A stretch of 64,000 nt of DNA from an uncultured Desulfobacteraceae bacterium (GCA_964412835.1 CAYPQJ010000002.1:2006-66005); one strand, 5' to 3'; positions 9,571 through 19,623 are shown, counted from the first letter of the stretch. The notes: generated from the sequence alone by a model not told the origin. Numbers and translations: made by a program.

Positions 9571-10181
9571 GCGCTTAGTGATGACAGGACAAAAAGGGCC
9601 AGGTTCCCCAGCACGTGAAGGGTGATGGGGACCATGAGATTTTTTTCAATCTCGTAGGCAAAAGCAAAGACAATCCCTCCTGTGAACTGGACAAATATTA
9701 TTCCTGCAAAAGCTGTATGATGGGCCAGAACAAAAGCCAGTGAACTGAAAACAACCGCTGAAACTGGTCCCCAGCGCCGCAGGAAACCATAAACAACACC
9801 CCTGAAAAACAGTTCTTCCGTTACAGGTGAAATAATGCCGCCCACGAGGAAGAACAAGATGAGATCCCCGGTCATTAACGGCAGGGGAGTTTTGATAAAC
9901 GGTAACGGGTCAGTTCCCATGGCCGGAAGAGATACGGAAACCAAAACCACGAGCGCCCCGAAGCCCGCTGACCATAAGAGACCTCTCCAAAACCCTGAAA
10001 GCGCCGTCCCCGTTGAAAGACCCACAACCGAAAGGCCATATTTCCCCATCAGGGCGACACCAATGATCAATGCCCCTTCAAATAAACGCCATACGCCCAG
10101 AACCAACAGGGGTGATACCATTTCAGGCCAGTGGATTGTTCTGAGCGCTATTTCCATTGCCAGCACACCCAGAACAACCAT
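9567..10181 (-). CDS. CPBP family intramembrane glutamic endopeptidase (CAAX protease-like)
   Basis: Motifs PVTEELFFRG, FVLAHH and TLHVLGN in a polytopic protein. Start moved to MVVLGV because the track start (10316) lies inside the cspA terminator hairpin. The start remains uncertain. Confidence 0.65.
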   Translation of the reverse strand: MVVLGVLAMEIALRTIHWPEMVSPLLVLGVWRLFEGALIIGVALMGKYGLSVVGLSTGTALSGFWRGLLWSAGFGALVVLVSVSLPAMGTDPLPFIKTPLPLMTGDLILFFLVGGIISPVTEELFFRGVVYGFLRRWGPVSAVVFSSLAFVLAHHTAFAGIIFVQFTGGIVFAFAYEIEKNLMVPITLHVLGNLALFVLSSLSA

Positions 10182-10296
10182 GATCAGTGTTCCGGCGTTA
10201 ATGGGGCCTGTGGTGGCTTTGGCGCTATCCAATCCAGTCACCTCACTGTTCTTCCGGCATATCAATTCATTTGGCAGGATATCACAGGAGCACAAC

Positions 10297-10334
10297 AAAA
10301 AAAAGCACGCCCCCACTTTTCAGCAGGGCATGCT
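10297..10334 (-). terminator. Rho-independent terminator of the cold-shock gene
   Basis: On the - strand, AGCAUGCCC (10334-10326) pairs with GGGCGUGCU (10312-10304) with one G-U pair. It is followed by a run of 7-8 U (10303-10297) and lies ~29 nt after the cspA stop. Confidence 0.65.
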
Positions 10335-10362
10335 TTTATGACGTCAGTGATGATTTTTGATA

Positions 10363-10563
10363 CTACGCAACCGTTACATTGACCGCGGCAGGACCTTTCT
10401 GACCCTCCTCGATATCAAAGGTAACCGAATCGCCTTCATCAAGGTCCTTGAAACCTGAACCGTTGATCCCCGAGTGATGCACAAACACATCCGGACCGCC
10501 TTCCTGTTCAATGAATCCGTAACCTTTGCTGCTGTTAAACCATTTTACAACTCCATTCGCCAT
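10363..10563 (-). CDS. cspA: Cold-shock protein, CspA family
   Basis: 66 aa: [33 protein letters not shown]..., with RNP1 (KGYGFI) and RNP2 (VFVHH) motifs. Confidence 0.95.
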   Translation of the reverse strand: MANGVVKWFNSSKGYGFIEQEGGPDVFVHHSGINGSGFKDLDEGDSVTFDIEEGQKGPAAVNVTVA

Positions 10564-10918
10564 AATGACACCCTCCTTTCAAAAATTTCACATCGTTCCA
10601 GACTTCGGGTACCACTTTGACAAATGGGTCTTTCCTTTAGCACAAAACAGGCCCGAAAAAAATGGACGCTTTATGATGGTCGCATAATAAGCTGTTTTTC
10701 CTTGAAGTCAACCCTCTATGTAAATTGAACAGTGTCGTCTCCGCATAACGACACGCATTTCGTCCAAAAGCTTCATGGCAATACGTTGTTTCAGGGTTGA
10801 CTTTTTGAATGGAGTTTACATTAGATATTCGATATTGTAAACAAGTAATTCTGCCTGATAATCAATGGCTATGCGTACAGAATTATGAAAAAGAAAGCTA
10901 ATTGGAAGGAAGGAAAAT

Positions 10919-11230
10919 ATGAAATTACTATTTATTATATCCACTGATGATGCTGAAACAATTTATAATGCAATCAGATTGGCTAATGTTGCTGTGAAAA
11001 AAGACGATGAAGTGAGCGTTTTCATGCTCGGTAAAGGCGTTCTTTATGAGAAAAGCAGCAACGATCAGTTCGATGTAATTGGACAGGCCAATCAATTCGA
11101 GGGAGACTTTTATGTCTGAGGGGTGTGTATGAAATCCCACGGTCTGGTGGGATCGAGCTCATGCCCTATTGCCTGGATGGATGATCTTTATGAACTGTCC
11201 ATGGAAGCTGACAAGGTTTTTACATTTTGA
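10919..11230 (+). CDS. DsrE/DsrF-like sulfur-relay family selenoprotein (in-frame UGA at 11117-11119 read as Sec)
   Basis: Track ORF 10919-11119 stops at TGA, but the same frame continues 36 codons to TGA at 11228-11230. The joined product is ...QFEGDFYV-U-GVCMKSHGLVGSSSCPIAWMDDLYELSMEADKVFTF. It has the DsrE-family C-G-x-C motif position and a ...DKV(L/F)TF tail. A SECIS-like hairpin follows the UGA. Confidence 0.8.
11127..11164 (+). promoter_or_regulatory. Candidate bacterial SECIS element
   Basis: Lower stem GTATGA (11127-11132) pairs with TCATGC (11159-11164), including one G-U pair. Upper stem ATCCCAC (11134-11140) pairs with GTGGGAT (11147-11153). Apical loop GGTCTG. The element starts 8 nt after the UGA. 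Confidence 0.55.
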
Positions 11231-11430
11231 AATAAAACGAAGCGGGCATAACCAAACGCTACACCAGCGCCGTAAAGCGACCGGATTTTCAATAGACGTC
11301 CTCGCCGGCCAATTCTTGACAACCCCGTCCGGAAGGGATTATTCTCCCTGAACATGTCAAAAAACAGGTTATTTTCATTAATGCCATGCGTTTATTGTCA
11401 CCAGACCCGCTGCGACCAATGGAGAAAAAA

Positions 11431-13194
11431 ATGAACAACTCTGAAATTCTTCCTATGAAAACACACCCCTTTGTATCCGCCAGGCTCCTTTGCCTTTTTC
11501 TGTTGCTCGTTTCTTTTCTTTCCACAGGGTTTTCCCTGAGACTTGCCCACGGGGAGGATATCATCAAAATCGGACTGCCGGAAGAACCCAAAACCCTCAA
11601 TGTATGGGCTGCCACGGACGTCTGGTCCAACCGGGTACTGAATCAACTGCTTCAACCCCTTTATATTCGAGAACCCAAAACCCTGAAACTCATCCCATGG
11701 ATGGCTGCCGAAGACCCTATCTATGATCCGGCCACCCTTTCTTATACCATTAAACTCAGAGATTCAAAATGGTCTGACGGCTCGGAATTCACCTCCCATG
11801 ATGTAGCCTTTACGGGCCATGTGATCAAGACCTTCCGGGTTCCCCGGTTCATCGCCAACTGGGAATTCATTAAAAAGATGGAAACTCCGGATAAACACAC
11901 CGTTCGTTTTTTCCTCAAGGAGCCTAAGGCCCTGTTTCTCTCCAGAACCCTCACCACGCCGATGGTACAGAAGAAAAAGTGGGCACCCATCTGCGAACGT
12001 GCCGAAAAAGCGGCCGAGGTTTCAAACACAAACGGGGCTCTTGCTCTGTTGCTCAAGGAAAGGATCATTAAACCTGTCGGCAGCGGCCCTTTTGTGTTTA
12101 AAAAGTGGGAAAAGGGAAACCACCTGCTGCTTGAGAAAAACAGATATTTTTTCGGCACTGGAAAGCAGATTTCAGGTTTCGGAGTGGGGCCTTATGTTGC
12201 CGGTATTCGATTCAGATTTATCGACAATACGGATGCCGCCGTCCTGGGTCTGTTCACGGGCAGCATCGATATGTACTGGTGGGGATTACAGGAAAATTAC
12301 ATTCATGATCTGGATTCCCACAAAAACATAACGGTTTTTACCAATCAAAAAAGCGCCCTCTATTACATGGGGTTTAACGTCAGGAAAAAACCATTCAATG
12401 ATCTCTATTTTCGAAAAGCCATTGCCTTATCCGTGGATAAACAATTTATTATAAAGCGGATCGTGCAGGGTTATGCTGTTCTGTCCAACTCCATCATTCC
12501 ATCGGGCAATACCTTCTGGTACGACCCCAACGTCCCCACATATGGACAAGGGCTTTCCCGGGAACAACGGATTCGCAAGGCCTACAAGCTGCTCCGTGAA
12601 TCGGGCTACACCTGGGAACTGCCACCCGTCAACCCTGAAGGGAAAGTGGTGAAAGGCCAAGGAATCCGCTATCCGGATGGACTCCCAATGGAAACCCTCA
12701 CCATCCTGACACCGCCCGCGGAATATGATCCCAAACGGGCCATGGTGGGTAACATGGTCCAGCAGTGGCTCAAAATGCTGGGGATACCCGTTGAGACTAA
12801 AAGTTTCTCCCTGGGGGTTCTCCTTAAAAAAGTCAAAACAGAGCATGATTTTGATTGCGTTGTACTGGGTTATGGCAACCTTTCCCTGGATCCGGACTAT
12901 TTGCGCAATTTCTTCATATCCAGAAACAATAAACAGGGCGGCTGGAATACCAGCGGATACAGCAGCCGGCGTTTTGATCAAATTGCAGATGCCAGCGCCG
13001 ATGCCCTGGATGTCAACAAAAGGCAGCAGCTCATCCGGCAGATGCAGAATATCATTATGGATCATGTACCCTGGATCCCCCTTTACAGCCCGAAAGTGGT
13101 TGAAGCGGCCCGCCAGGACCGTTTTACGGGGTGGGTGTCCATGATGGGGGGCATCGGGAACCGGTGGTCTTTCTGTTGTATCAAACCCAGGTGA
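11431..13194 (+). CDS. ABC transporter substrate-binding protein, family 5 (peptide/nickel/oligosaccharide type)
   Basis: Signal-peptide-like N-terminus (LLCLFLLLVSFLSTGFSLRLAHG) and SBP_bac_5-like body (IKIGLPEEPKTLNVW..., GSGPFVFKKWEKGNHLLLEKN). Start set at ATG 11431, preceded by GGAGA. Confidence 0.8.
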   Translation: MNNSEILPMKTHPFVSARLLCLFLLLVSFLSTGFSLRLAHGEDIIKIGLPEEPKTLNVWAATDVWSNRVLNQLLQPLYIREPKTLKLIPWMAAEDPIYDPATLSYTIKLRDSKWSDGSEFTSHDVAFTGHVIKTFRVPRFIANWEFIKKMETPDKHTVRFFLKEPKALFLSRTLTTPMVQKKKWAPICERAEKAAEVSNTNGALALLLKERIIKPVGSGPFVFKKWEKGNHLLLEKNRYFFGTGKQISGFGVGPYVAGIRFRFIDNTDAAVLGLFTGSIDMYWWGLQENYIHDLDSHKNITVFTNQKSALYYMGFNVRKKPFNDLYFRKAIALSVDKQFIIKRIVQGYAVLSNSIIPSGNTFWYDPNVPTYGQGLSREQRIRKAYKLLRESGYTWELPPVNPEGKVVKGQGIRYPDGLPMETLTILTPPAEYDPKRAMVGNMVQQWLKMLGIPVETKSFSLGVLLKKVKTEHDFDCVVLGYGNLSLDPDYLRNFFISRNNKQGGWNTSGYSSRRFDQIADASADALDVNKRQQLIRQMQNIIMDHVPWIPLYSPKVVEAARQDRFTGWVSMMGGIGNRWSFCCIKPR

Positions 13195-13212
13195 GGGGAA
13201 GGAGTCACTTTG

Positions 13213-14580
13213 ATGGATTTTTTCTTTACCCCCCGCGGCATCGCCTTGCTGGGTGCAACCGCCAATGAAAAAAAAGGCGGATTTTCCATATTAAAAAACC
13301 TCATGACCGGTTTTTCCGGAAACATATACCCTGTAAACCCCCGATATGCCGAAATCAACGGCCTTCCCTGCTATGCCGCCATTGCCCAAGTACCGGATCC
13401 CGTGGACATGGCCATCATTTTTGTGCCGGCCCCCGCAGCGCCTGAGCTGGTCCAGGCAAGCGCGAACCGGGGTTTGTCCGGTGTCATCATCCAGTGTGCC
13501 GGCTTTGCTGAAACCGGGGAAAAGGGAAAGGCACTTCAAAATCAACTGGCTGAAATATCGCGCCGAACCGGCATCCGCATCTGGGGGCCCAACTGCATGG
13601 GAATGGTGGACGCGGTCCACAAAAGGGTTTTTTCTTTTGTTTCGCCCAGCATCTGGGATGAGGGGATGTTGCCCGGAAGCATTTCCCTTATTGTGCAAAG
13701 CGGAATGCTCTCCGCTGGATTTCTCATCGACATGATGACCCGCGATAAACTGGGGGTGAGCAAGGTCTGCTCCATCGGAAACAAGGTGGATGTTAATGAA
13801 TGCGATATCCTGGAGTATCTGCTGACGGATCCGGACACGGCCGTCATCGGCCTTTACCTGGAATCTATCAAAGAGGGGCGGCGGTTTTTTGAAATCTGCA
13901 GGGGCGCGGGGAAACCCATCGTGGTCCTAAAGGGTGGAAAAAGTGAGAACGGTGCCCGAGCCGCCATGAGCCATACGGCCAGCATGGCCGGAAACAGCGC
14001 CATCATCAAAGGCGCCATGGCCCAGGCGGGCGTGGTGCAGGCCGATGACTTCAAACAGATGATGGATTTTTCCCACATCCTGAGCCTGTTCCCCAATGGA
14101 AACAGGCACCGGCCCGGACGAATTGCCATTGCCACCTTCAGCGGTGGTGCAGGCATTGTGTCCAGTGATTTTCTGGATCGTCATGGCCTGGCATTGGCGG
14201 ATCTTTCCGAAGACACCCATGCACTATTGAAAAATATTTTCCCTGAATGGATGCCTTCATCCAACCCCATTGATCTCTGGCCTGCCATAGAACGTAACGG
14301 CGTTGATAAGGCTTACGGACAAACCGTGGATGCCGTGTGCGCCGATCCGGGGGTGGATGCGGTTTTTCTGCATGCTTTTGTGGGGGGGCTGATCTGGCGA
14401 TTGAAACTTAAACCCATCGTCGAAACAGCCATGAAAGCGGGCAAACCCATGTTTTTTTGGCTGATCGGCAATGAAAAGGATACGCAACATTTCCAGGAAG
14501 AAGCCCGAAAACTCAAGGTCCCGGTTTTCCGGGAACTTTCCCGGGCCGTGGAATGTATGGCAGCTATTTTTAACATATGA
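13213..14580 (+). CDS. CoA-binding acyl-CoA synthetase (NDP-forming) alpha-type protein, no ATP-grasp part
   Basis: FFTPRGIALLGATANEKKGGFSILKNL...IYPVNPRYAEINGLPCY...DMAIIFVPA (CoA-binding domain), followed by a succinyl-CoA-ligase-like flavodoxin domain. ATG 13213 lies 8 nt after GGAG. Confidence 0.7.
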   Translation: MDFFFTPRGIALLGATANEKKGGFSILKNLMTGFSGNIYPVNPRYAEINGLPCYAAIAQVPDPVDMAIIFVPAPAAPELVQASANRGLSGVIIQCAGFAETGEKGKALQNQLAEISRRTGIRIWGPNCMGMVDAVHKRVFSFVSPSIWDEGMLPGSISLIVQSGMLSAGFLIDMMTRDKLGVSKVCSIGNKVDVNECDILEYLLTDPDTAVIGLYLESIKEGRRFFEICRGAGKPIVVLKGGKSENGARAAMSHTASMAGNSAIIKGAMAQAGVVQADDFKQMMDFSHILSLFPNGNRHRPGRIAIATFSGGAGIVSSDFLDRHGLALADLSEDTHALLKNIFPEWMPSSNPIDLWPAIERNGVDKAYGQTVDAVCADPGVDAVFLHAFVGGLIWRLKLKPIVETAMKAGKPMFFWLIGNEKDTQHFQEEARKLKVPVFRELSRAVECMAAIFNI

Positions 14581-14715
14581 CAAAACGTCAGTCCACATGA
14601 TCCTTGACAAGGCACACCATATTCGATATGCCAACTGAAAATATTGAATCCCCAGCTTCACCGGAGCCCGCCGGGGTTCATGTGTTTATTTGGCCATTTA
14701 ACGATATCACAAAAG

Positions 14716-15183
14716 ATGATTGACGATACGGACAAGAAAGTCATCAGCCAGATCCAGAAGGATCTGCCGGTGCACCCCCAACCCTTTTCACTGATGGCTG
14801 AAAAAATCGGCATTTCGGAAGAGGAGTTCATCGAAAGGGTCAAGCACCTTAAAGATAGAGGCATCATCCGTCGTTTCGGTGCCACGCTGCGCCACCAGGA
14901 GGCCGGGTTCAAGGCGAACGCCATGATTGCCTGGAAGTCACCTGAAAGTGCTATCCGCGAAATGGGAAAAACCCTGGCCGGTTTCAGGGAAGTTTCCCAC
15001 TGCTATCACAGAGCCCCAAAGGGCGACTGGCCCTACAACCTTTATACAATGGTTCACGGGGGAAACCGGGATGACTGCCGTGAAATTGCCGAGCAGATGT
15101 CCGCAGCTACAGGCCTCAGCGACTACGCCGTTTTGTTCAGTGAAAAAGAGTTCAAGAAAACCAGCATGGAGTATTTTACATGA
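14716..15183 (+). CDS. Lrp/AsnC-like siroheme decarboxylase subunit (AhbA/AhbB, NirD/L/G/H family)
   Basis: [58 protein letters not shown]...VSHCYHR...[10 protein letters not shown] is typical of alternative-haem-pathway decarboxylase subunits. The stop overlaps the hemL start (ATGA). Confidence 0.7.
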   Translation: MIDDTDKKVISQIQKDLPVHPQPFSLMAEKIGISEEEFIERVKHLKDRGIIRRFGATLRHQEAGFKANAMIAWKSPESAIREMGKTLAGFREVSHCYHRAPKGDWPYNLYTMVHGGNRDDCREIAEQMSAATGLSDYAVLFSEKEFKKTSMEYFT

Positions 15184-16472
15184 GAGAAAAATCCAAGGCC
15201 CTGTTTGAGAAAGCCAAAAAAATCATCCCCGGCGGTGTGAACAGTCCCGTCAGAGCCGGGAAATCCGTCGGGATGGATCCTCCCTTCATCACGTCCGCCA
15301 AAGGCGCCCTGATCCGGGATGCGGACGGTAACGAATACATCGATTATGTGGGTTCGTGGGGCCCCATGATTCTCGGTCATGCCCACCCCGAAGTGGTGGA
15401 AGCGGTCATCAAGAGCGCCGAACGGGGTACCAGCTACGGCGCGCCGACGGAAGGTGAAGTCACCATGGCCCAGGCCATTGTGGATATGGTCCCTTCCGTC
15501 GAGACAGTGCGTATGGTGAATTCAGGCACGGAAGCCACCATGAGCGCCATTCGACTGGCAAGGGGGTATACGGGCCGGGACAAAATCGTGAAATTTGACG
15601 GCTGCTACCATGGTCATTCGGACGGTCTTCTGGTTGCCGCCGGCTCAGGACTTGCCACCCTCGGCATTCCCGGAAGCCCCGGCGTTCCTGAAGATGTGGC
15701 CAGGCATACCATTTCACTTCCCTATAACAATCTGACCGCTGTTGAAGCGGCTTTTGACCGGTTCGGCCCTGAAATCGCCTGTGTCATCCTGGAAGCTGTT
15801 CCCGGAAATATGGGCGTCGTTATTCCGGATCAATCTTTCCTGGAGGGGGTAAGGCGCATCACGAGCAATCATGGAGCGATCCTTATTTTTGATGAAGTGA
15901 TCACCGGGTTCAGACTGGCCCCCGGAGGCGCACAGGAAATTTTCGGCATCACGCCGGACCTTACCTGTTTCGGGAAAATCATCGGCGGTGGGCTACCGGT
16001 GGGCGCCTATGGCGGCAGGGCGGAAATTATGGCCAGGATCGCTCCGGATGGAGATGTTTACCAGGCCGGAACCCTTTCCGGGAATCCCCTGGCCATGGCT
16101 GCGGGTCTGGCCACCCTGAACATCCTGAAACGGGAAAACCCCTATGATGAACTCAACCGGAAGTGTGAAACACTCTTCCTGGGCCTTGAAAAAGCCGCAA
16201 AAAAAGCCGGCATACCGGTGACGGTAAACCGCATGGGATCCATGGGGTGCCTCTTTTTTACCCCTGAAGCCGTAACGGATTTCGCCACCGCCCAAACCGG
16301 TAACCAGGATGTTTTCAGGCAATATTATCAAGAGATGCTGGATCGGGGCGTGTACCTGGCGCCATCACCTTTTGAGACCACGTTTCTTTCCCTGGCCCAT
16401 ACAGGGGAAATGATAGCGGAAACCATTGATCGGGCTGAAAAAGCCTTTGAAGTTGTAGCGCAGGGGTTCTAG
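15180..16472 (+). CDS. hemL: Glutamate-1-semialdehyde 2,1-aminomutase
   Basis: 430 aa. [19 protein letters not shown]..., [40 protein letters not shown]. Confidence 0.95.
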   Translation: MREKSKALFEKAKKIIPGGVNSPVRAGKSVGMDPPFITSAKGALIRDADGNEYIDYVGSWGPMILGHAHPEVVEAVIKSAERGTSYGAPTEGEVTMAQAIVDMVPSVETVRMVNSGTEATMSAIRLARGYTGRDKIVKFDGCYHGHSDGLLVAAGSGLATLGIPGSPGVPEDVARHTISLPYNNLTAVEAAFDRFGPEIACVILEAVPGNMGVVIPDQSFLEGVRRITSNHGAILIFDEVITGFRLAPGGAQEIFGITPDLTCFGKIIGGGLPVGAYGGRAEIMARIAPDGDVYQAGTLSGNPLAMAAGLATLNILKRENPYDELNRKCETLFLGLEKAAKKAGIPVTVNRMGSMGCLFFTPEAVTDFATAQTGNQDVFRQYYQEMLDRGVYLAPSPFETTFLSLAHTGEMIAETIDRAEKAFEVVAQGF

Positions 16473-16517
16473 CCCTGCTATTTTCCGTATAAGCGTTTTT
16501 GAGGAAAGGTAAATTGA

Positions 16518-16919
16518 ATGTCTGAGGTTGAAAAAAATAAAGTTGTCCTTGACTTTTCAAAAGGGGATGGGTTGCTTCCGGCTATTGCGCAGGACGCTGC
16601 ATCAGGGAAAATATTGATGCTGGCCTACATCAACAAAGCGGCGTGGGATAAAACCCTTGAAACCGGTGAAGCCCATTACTGGAGCCGTTCCAGGCAGGAG
16701 CTGTGGCACAAGGGGGGCACTTCCGGACATGTTCAGATCATCGAGGAAGTGTTTGCGGACTGTGATGATGATACAGTTGTCTTTCGGGTGGAACAGATTG
16801 GCGGCGCAGCTTGCCACACGGGCCATGAAACCTGTTTCCACAAAAAAATAGCCCCTGACGGCACCGTGACCATTGTGGGAGAAAAAGTATTTGATCCGGA
16901 GAAGGTATACAAAAAATGA
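16518..16919 (+). CDS. hisI: Phosphoribosyl-AMP cyclohydrolase
   Basis: [53 protein letters not shown]...[27 protein letters not shown]. Confidence 0.9.
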   Translation: MSEVEKNKVVLDFSKGDGLLPAIAQDAASGKILMLAYINKAAWDKTLETGEAHYWSRSRQELWHKGGTSGHVQIIEEVFADCDDDTVVFRVEQIGGAACHTGHETCFHKKIAPDGTVTIVGEKVFDPEKVYKK

Positions 16920-17788
16920 ACACATTGAAATTCGGCATTCCCAAGGGAAGCCTTCAGAAAGCAACCATTGGTCTTTTTGAGAAATCCGGCTGGAAAATCA
17001 CCGTAAACCGCCGAAGTTATTTTCCTGACATTAACGATTCCGAGATCGAATGCGCCCTCTGCCGGGCCCAGGAAATGTCCCTGTACGTGGAAAACGGCAC
17101 ACTGGATGCGGGCCTTACCGGCAGGGACTGGATTGAGGAAAACGAATCCGATGTGGTGACGGTGGATGATCTGGTTTACTCCAAAGTCAGCCAGAACCCT
17201 GCGCGATGGGTGCTGGCAGTGCCTGCGGGCTCAGACATCAAAACCCTCCAAGACCTTCAGGGGAAGGAAATCGCCACGGAACTGGTCAATTTCACCCGGA
17301 AATTTTTTGAAGAAAATAACATCGATGTGAAGGTTTCCTTTTCATGGGGGGCCACTGAAGCCAAGGTGGTCTCCGGGCTGGCGGATGCCATCGTTGAAGT
17401 CACCGAGACCGGCAGCACCATTCGGGCCCACGGCCTCAAAATTATTCATGAACTCATGGAAACCAATACCCAGTTGATCGCCAACCGGGAGGCCTATCGG
17501 GATGAATGGAAAAAGCAGAAGATTTCCCAAATTATTCTGCTTCTCAAAGGGGCCTTGCGGGCGGAGAACATGGTGGCGCTCAAAATGAACATCCTCAAAC
17601 GAAACCTTGAGGAGATTATCGAGATTCTCCCGAGCCTGAATGCGCCCACCATCGCTGGGCTTCACCACTCCGGCTGGATATCCGTTGAAACCGTTGTGGA
17701 TGCCCGGCTGGTGAGGGACCTTATTCCCCAACTGATGCACGCCGGCGCCCAGGGAATCATTGAGTACGCCCTGAACAAGGTTATCTGA
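16916..17788 (+). CDS. hisG: ATP phosphoribosyltransferase (long form)
   Basis: [14 protein letters not shown]..., [31 protein letters not shown]. Has the C-terminal regulatory domain. Overlaps the hisI stop by 4 nt. Confidence 0.9.
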   Translation: MNTLKFGIPKGSLQKATIGLFEKSGWKITVNRRSYFPDINDSEIECALCRAQEMSLYVENGTLDAGLTGRDWIEENESDVVTVDDLVYSKVSQNPARWVLAVPAGSDIKTLQDLQGKEIATELVNFTRKFFEENNIDVKVSFSWGATEAKVVSGLADAIVEVTETGSTIRAHGLKIIHELMETNTQLIANREAYRDEWKKQKISQIILLLKGALRAENMVALKMNILKRNLEEIIEILPSLNAPTIAGLHHSGWISVETVVDARLVRDLIPQLMHAGAQGIIEYALNKVI

Positions 17789-17815
17789 GACTGACATTAA
17801 ATCGAGAATAAACCC

Positions 17816-18973
17816 ATGAACAGAATCACCGAACGGACCCGAAACATTCCCCCCTTCATCGTCATGGACGTGCTGGAAAGAGCCCACGAACTGGCCAGAC
17901 AGGGCCGTGACATTATCCACCTGGAAATCGGTGAACCTGACTTCAAAACACCCGAGTGCATCTGCGAGGCGGCCCGGGAAGCCATTTCGAGGGGCGAAAC
18001 CCATTATACCCACAGCCTGGGACTACTGGAACTGCGGGAAGCCATCTGCGAGCATTACTATGATAAATACGGCGTCAGTGTTGATCCGGATCGCATCCTG
18101 GTGACTTCGGGCACCTCCCCTGCCCTGTTCATGGTCTTCTCCGCCCTCCTCGAGGCGGGGGAAGAGGTGATCATGACCGATCCCCATTATCCCTGCTACC
18201 CCAATTTCGCGGAATTTCTGGGGGCCCGGCCCAGCCGGGTAAAGGGCTATGAAGAAGACGGATTTCAGCTTCGGCCGGAAGCGGTCAAGAAAAATATCGG
18301 GCCGAAAACAAGGGGCATCCTCATCAATTCTCCTTCCAACCCCACCGGAAACCTGCTTTCCAGGGATCGAATGGCGGAAATTGCGCAACTGGGCCCCCCC
18401 ATCATATCCGATGAGATTTATCATGGCCTGGTCTACGGAGAAAAAGAGCATTCCATCCTTGAATTCACGGAGAATGCCTTTGTGTTAAACGGGTTTTCCA
18501 AGATTTTTGCCATGACCGGATGGCGTTTGGGCTATTTGATTACACCCCCCCCATTCATTCGGCCCTTGCAGAAAGTACAACAGAATTTTTTCATATCTGC
18601 GGGAAGCGTTTCCCAATGGGCCGGTATTGCCGCCCTCAAGCATGCCCACAAAGATGTTGAGCGGATGCGGGCCGTTTATGACGAACGCCGGAAATACATG
18701 ATCAAACGGATTCGGGAATTGGGTTTCGGCGTTGCCGTGGAACCGGCAGGCGCCTTTTATATGCTGGCCAATGCCCGCCACCTTTCTGAAAGCTCCTATG
18801 ATCTGGCCTTTGAAATCCTCGAAAAAGCCGGTGTGGGCGTATCGCCCGGGATCGACTTCGGGCAAAACGCCGAAGGCTATATCCGTTTTTCTTATGCCAA
18901 TTCTCTTGAGAATATTCAGGAAGGGCTAAACCGAATTGAGCTCTTTTTAAAGGACAGAAGCGCTAATGGCTAA
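17816..18973 (+). CDS. PLP-dependent aminotransferase, class I/II (aspartate/aromatic type)
   Basis: HLEIGEPDFKTP, INSPSNPTG, and LNGFSKIFAMTGWRLGY with the PLP lysine in S-K. Confidence 0.85.
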   Translation: MNRITERTRNIPPFIVMDVLERAHELARQGRDIIHLEIGEPDFKTPECICEAAREAISRGETHYTHSLGLLELREAICEHYYDKYGVSVDPDRILVTSGTSPALFMVFSALLEAGEEVIMTDPHYPCYPNFAEFLGARPSRVKGYEEDGFQLRPEAVKKNIGPKTRGILINSPSNPTGNLLSRDRMAEIAQLGPPIISDEIYHGLVYGEKEHSILEFTENAFVLNGFSKIFAMTGWRLGYLITPPPFIRPLQKVQQNFFISAGSVSQWAGIAALKHAHKDVERMRAVYDERRKYMIKRIRELGFGVAVEPAGAFYMLANARHLSESSYDLAFEILEKAGVGVSPGIDFGQNAEGYIRFSYANSLENIQEGLNRIELFLKDRSANG

Positions 18974-18994
18974 CCGCTAAAAGCCAACAATCCC

Positions 18995-19582
18995 ATGGAC
19001 GTTGAATTCATCAAAAGTGCTTTCGAGAAAAAACACTATCCACCCCCTGACAGGCCGGAGGTCGCCTTTGCGGGAAAATCCAATGTGGGCAAGTCTAGCC
19101 TTCTCAACACCCTTGTCAATCGGCGAAAACTGGCCAGAATCAGCAGCACCCCCGGCAGAACTCAGGCCATTAATTTCTTCCGCTTCGGCAAAACCCTCTA
19201 CCTGGTGGATTTACCCGGTTACGGCTTTGCCAAGGTGCCCACCAAGATCAAAAAATCCTGGGGACTAATGGTGGAAGAATACCTCCGAATACGGGAAACC
19301 CTGAAAGCGGTGGTGGTGATACTCGATATTCGCAGAGACCCTTCATCAGGGGATGAAGACCTTATCAACTGGCTGAATCATTATCATATAGAACCGATCC
19401 TCGTACTGACGAAAGCGGATAAAATTTCCCGCCAGCAAACCAAAAGAAGAGCAGACCTCATTACCGGCAGCCTGAAGGATGTCTCATTTACAACGCCTGT
19501 TATTTTCTCATCCCACACCCGACAAGGGGTGAAGGAATTATGGGAGATCATCAACGAAACAGCACTCCCTCAAACAACCTGA
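18995..19582 (+). CDS. engB: Ribosome biogenesis GTP-binding protein YsxC/EngB
   Basis: PEVAFAGKSNVGKSSLLNTL (G1), LVDLPGYGFAKV (G3), LTKADK (G4). Confidence 0.9.
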   Translation: MDVEFIKSAFEKKHYPPPDRPEVAFAGKSNVGKSSLLNTLVNRRKLARISSTPGRTQAINFFRFGKTLYLVDLPGYGFAKVPTKIKKSWGLMVEEYLRIRETLKAVVVILDIRRDPSSGDEDLINWLNHYHIEPILVLTKADKISRQQTKRRADLITGSLKDVSFTTPVIFSSHTRQGVKELWEIINETALPQTT

Positions 19583-19623
19583 CTTCATCCACGTTTGAAC
19601 ATTCAAACAGAGGACGTCATGAA

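Noticed and set aside
10182-10316. Long N-terminal extension of the CPBP protease ORF.
   Set aside because: It would start inside the cspA terminator hairpin and U-tract (10297-10334).
10564-10918. Possible structured cold-shock 5' UTR and a divergent promoter for the DsrE-family gene (TTGACT at 10797-10802).
   Set aside because: A long cspA leader is plausible by analogy with E. coli. I could not identify a convincing -10 element at correct spacing or a conserved cold box by eye. Not reported as a feature.
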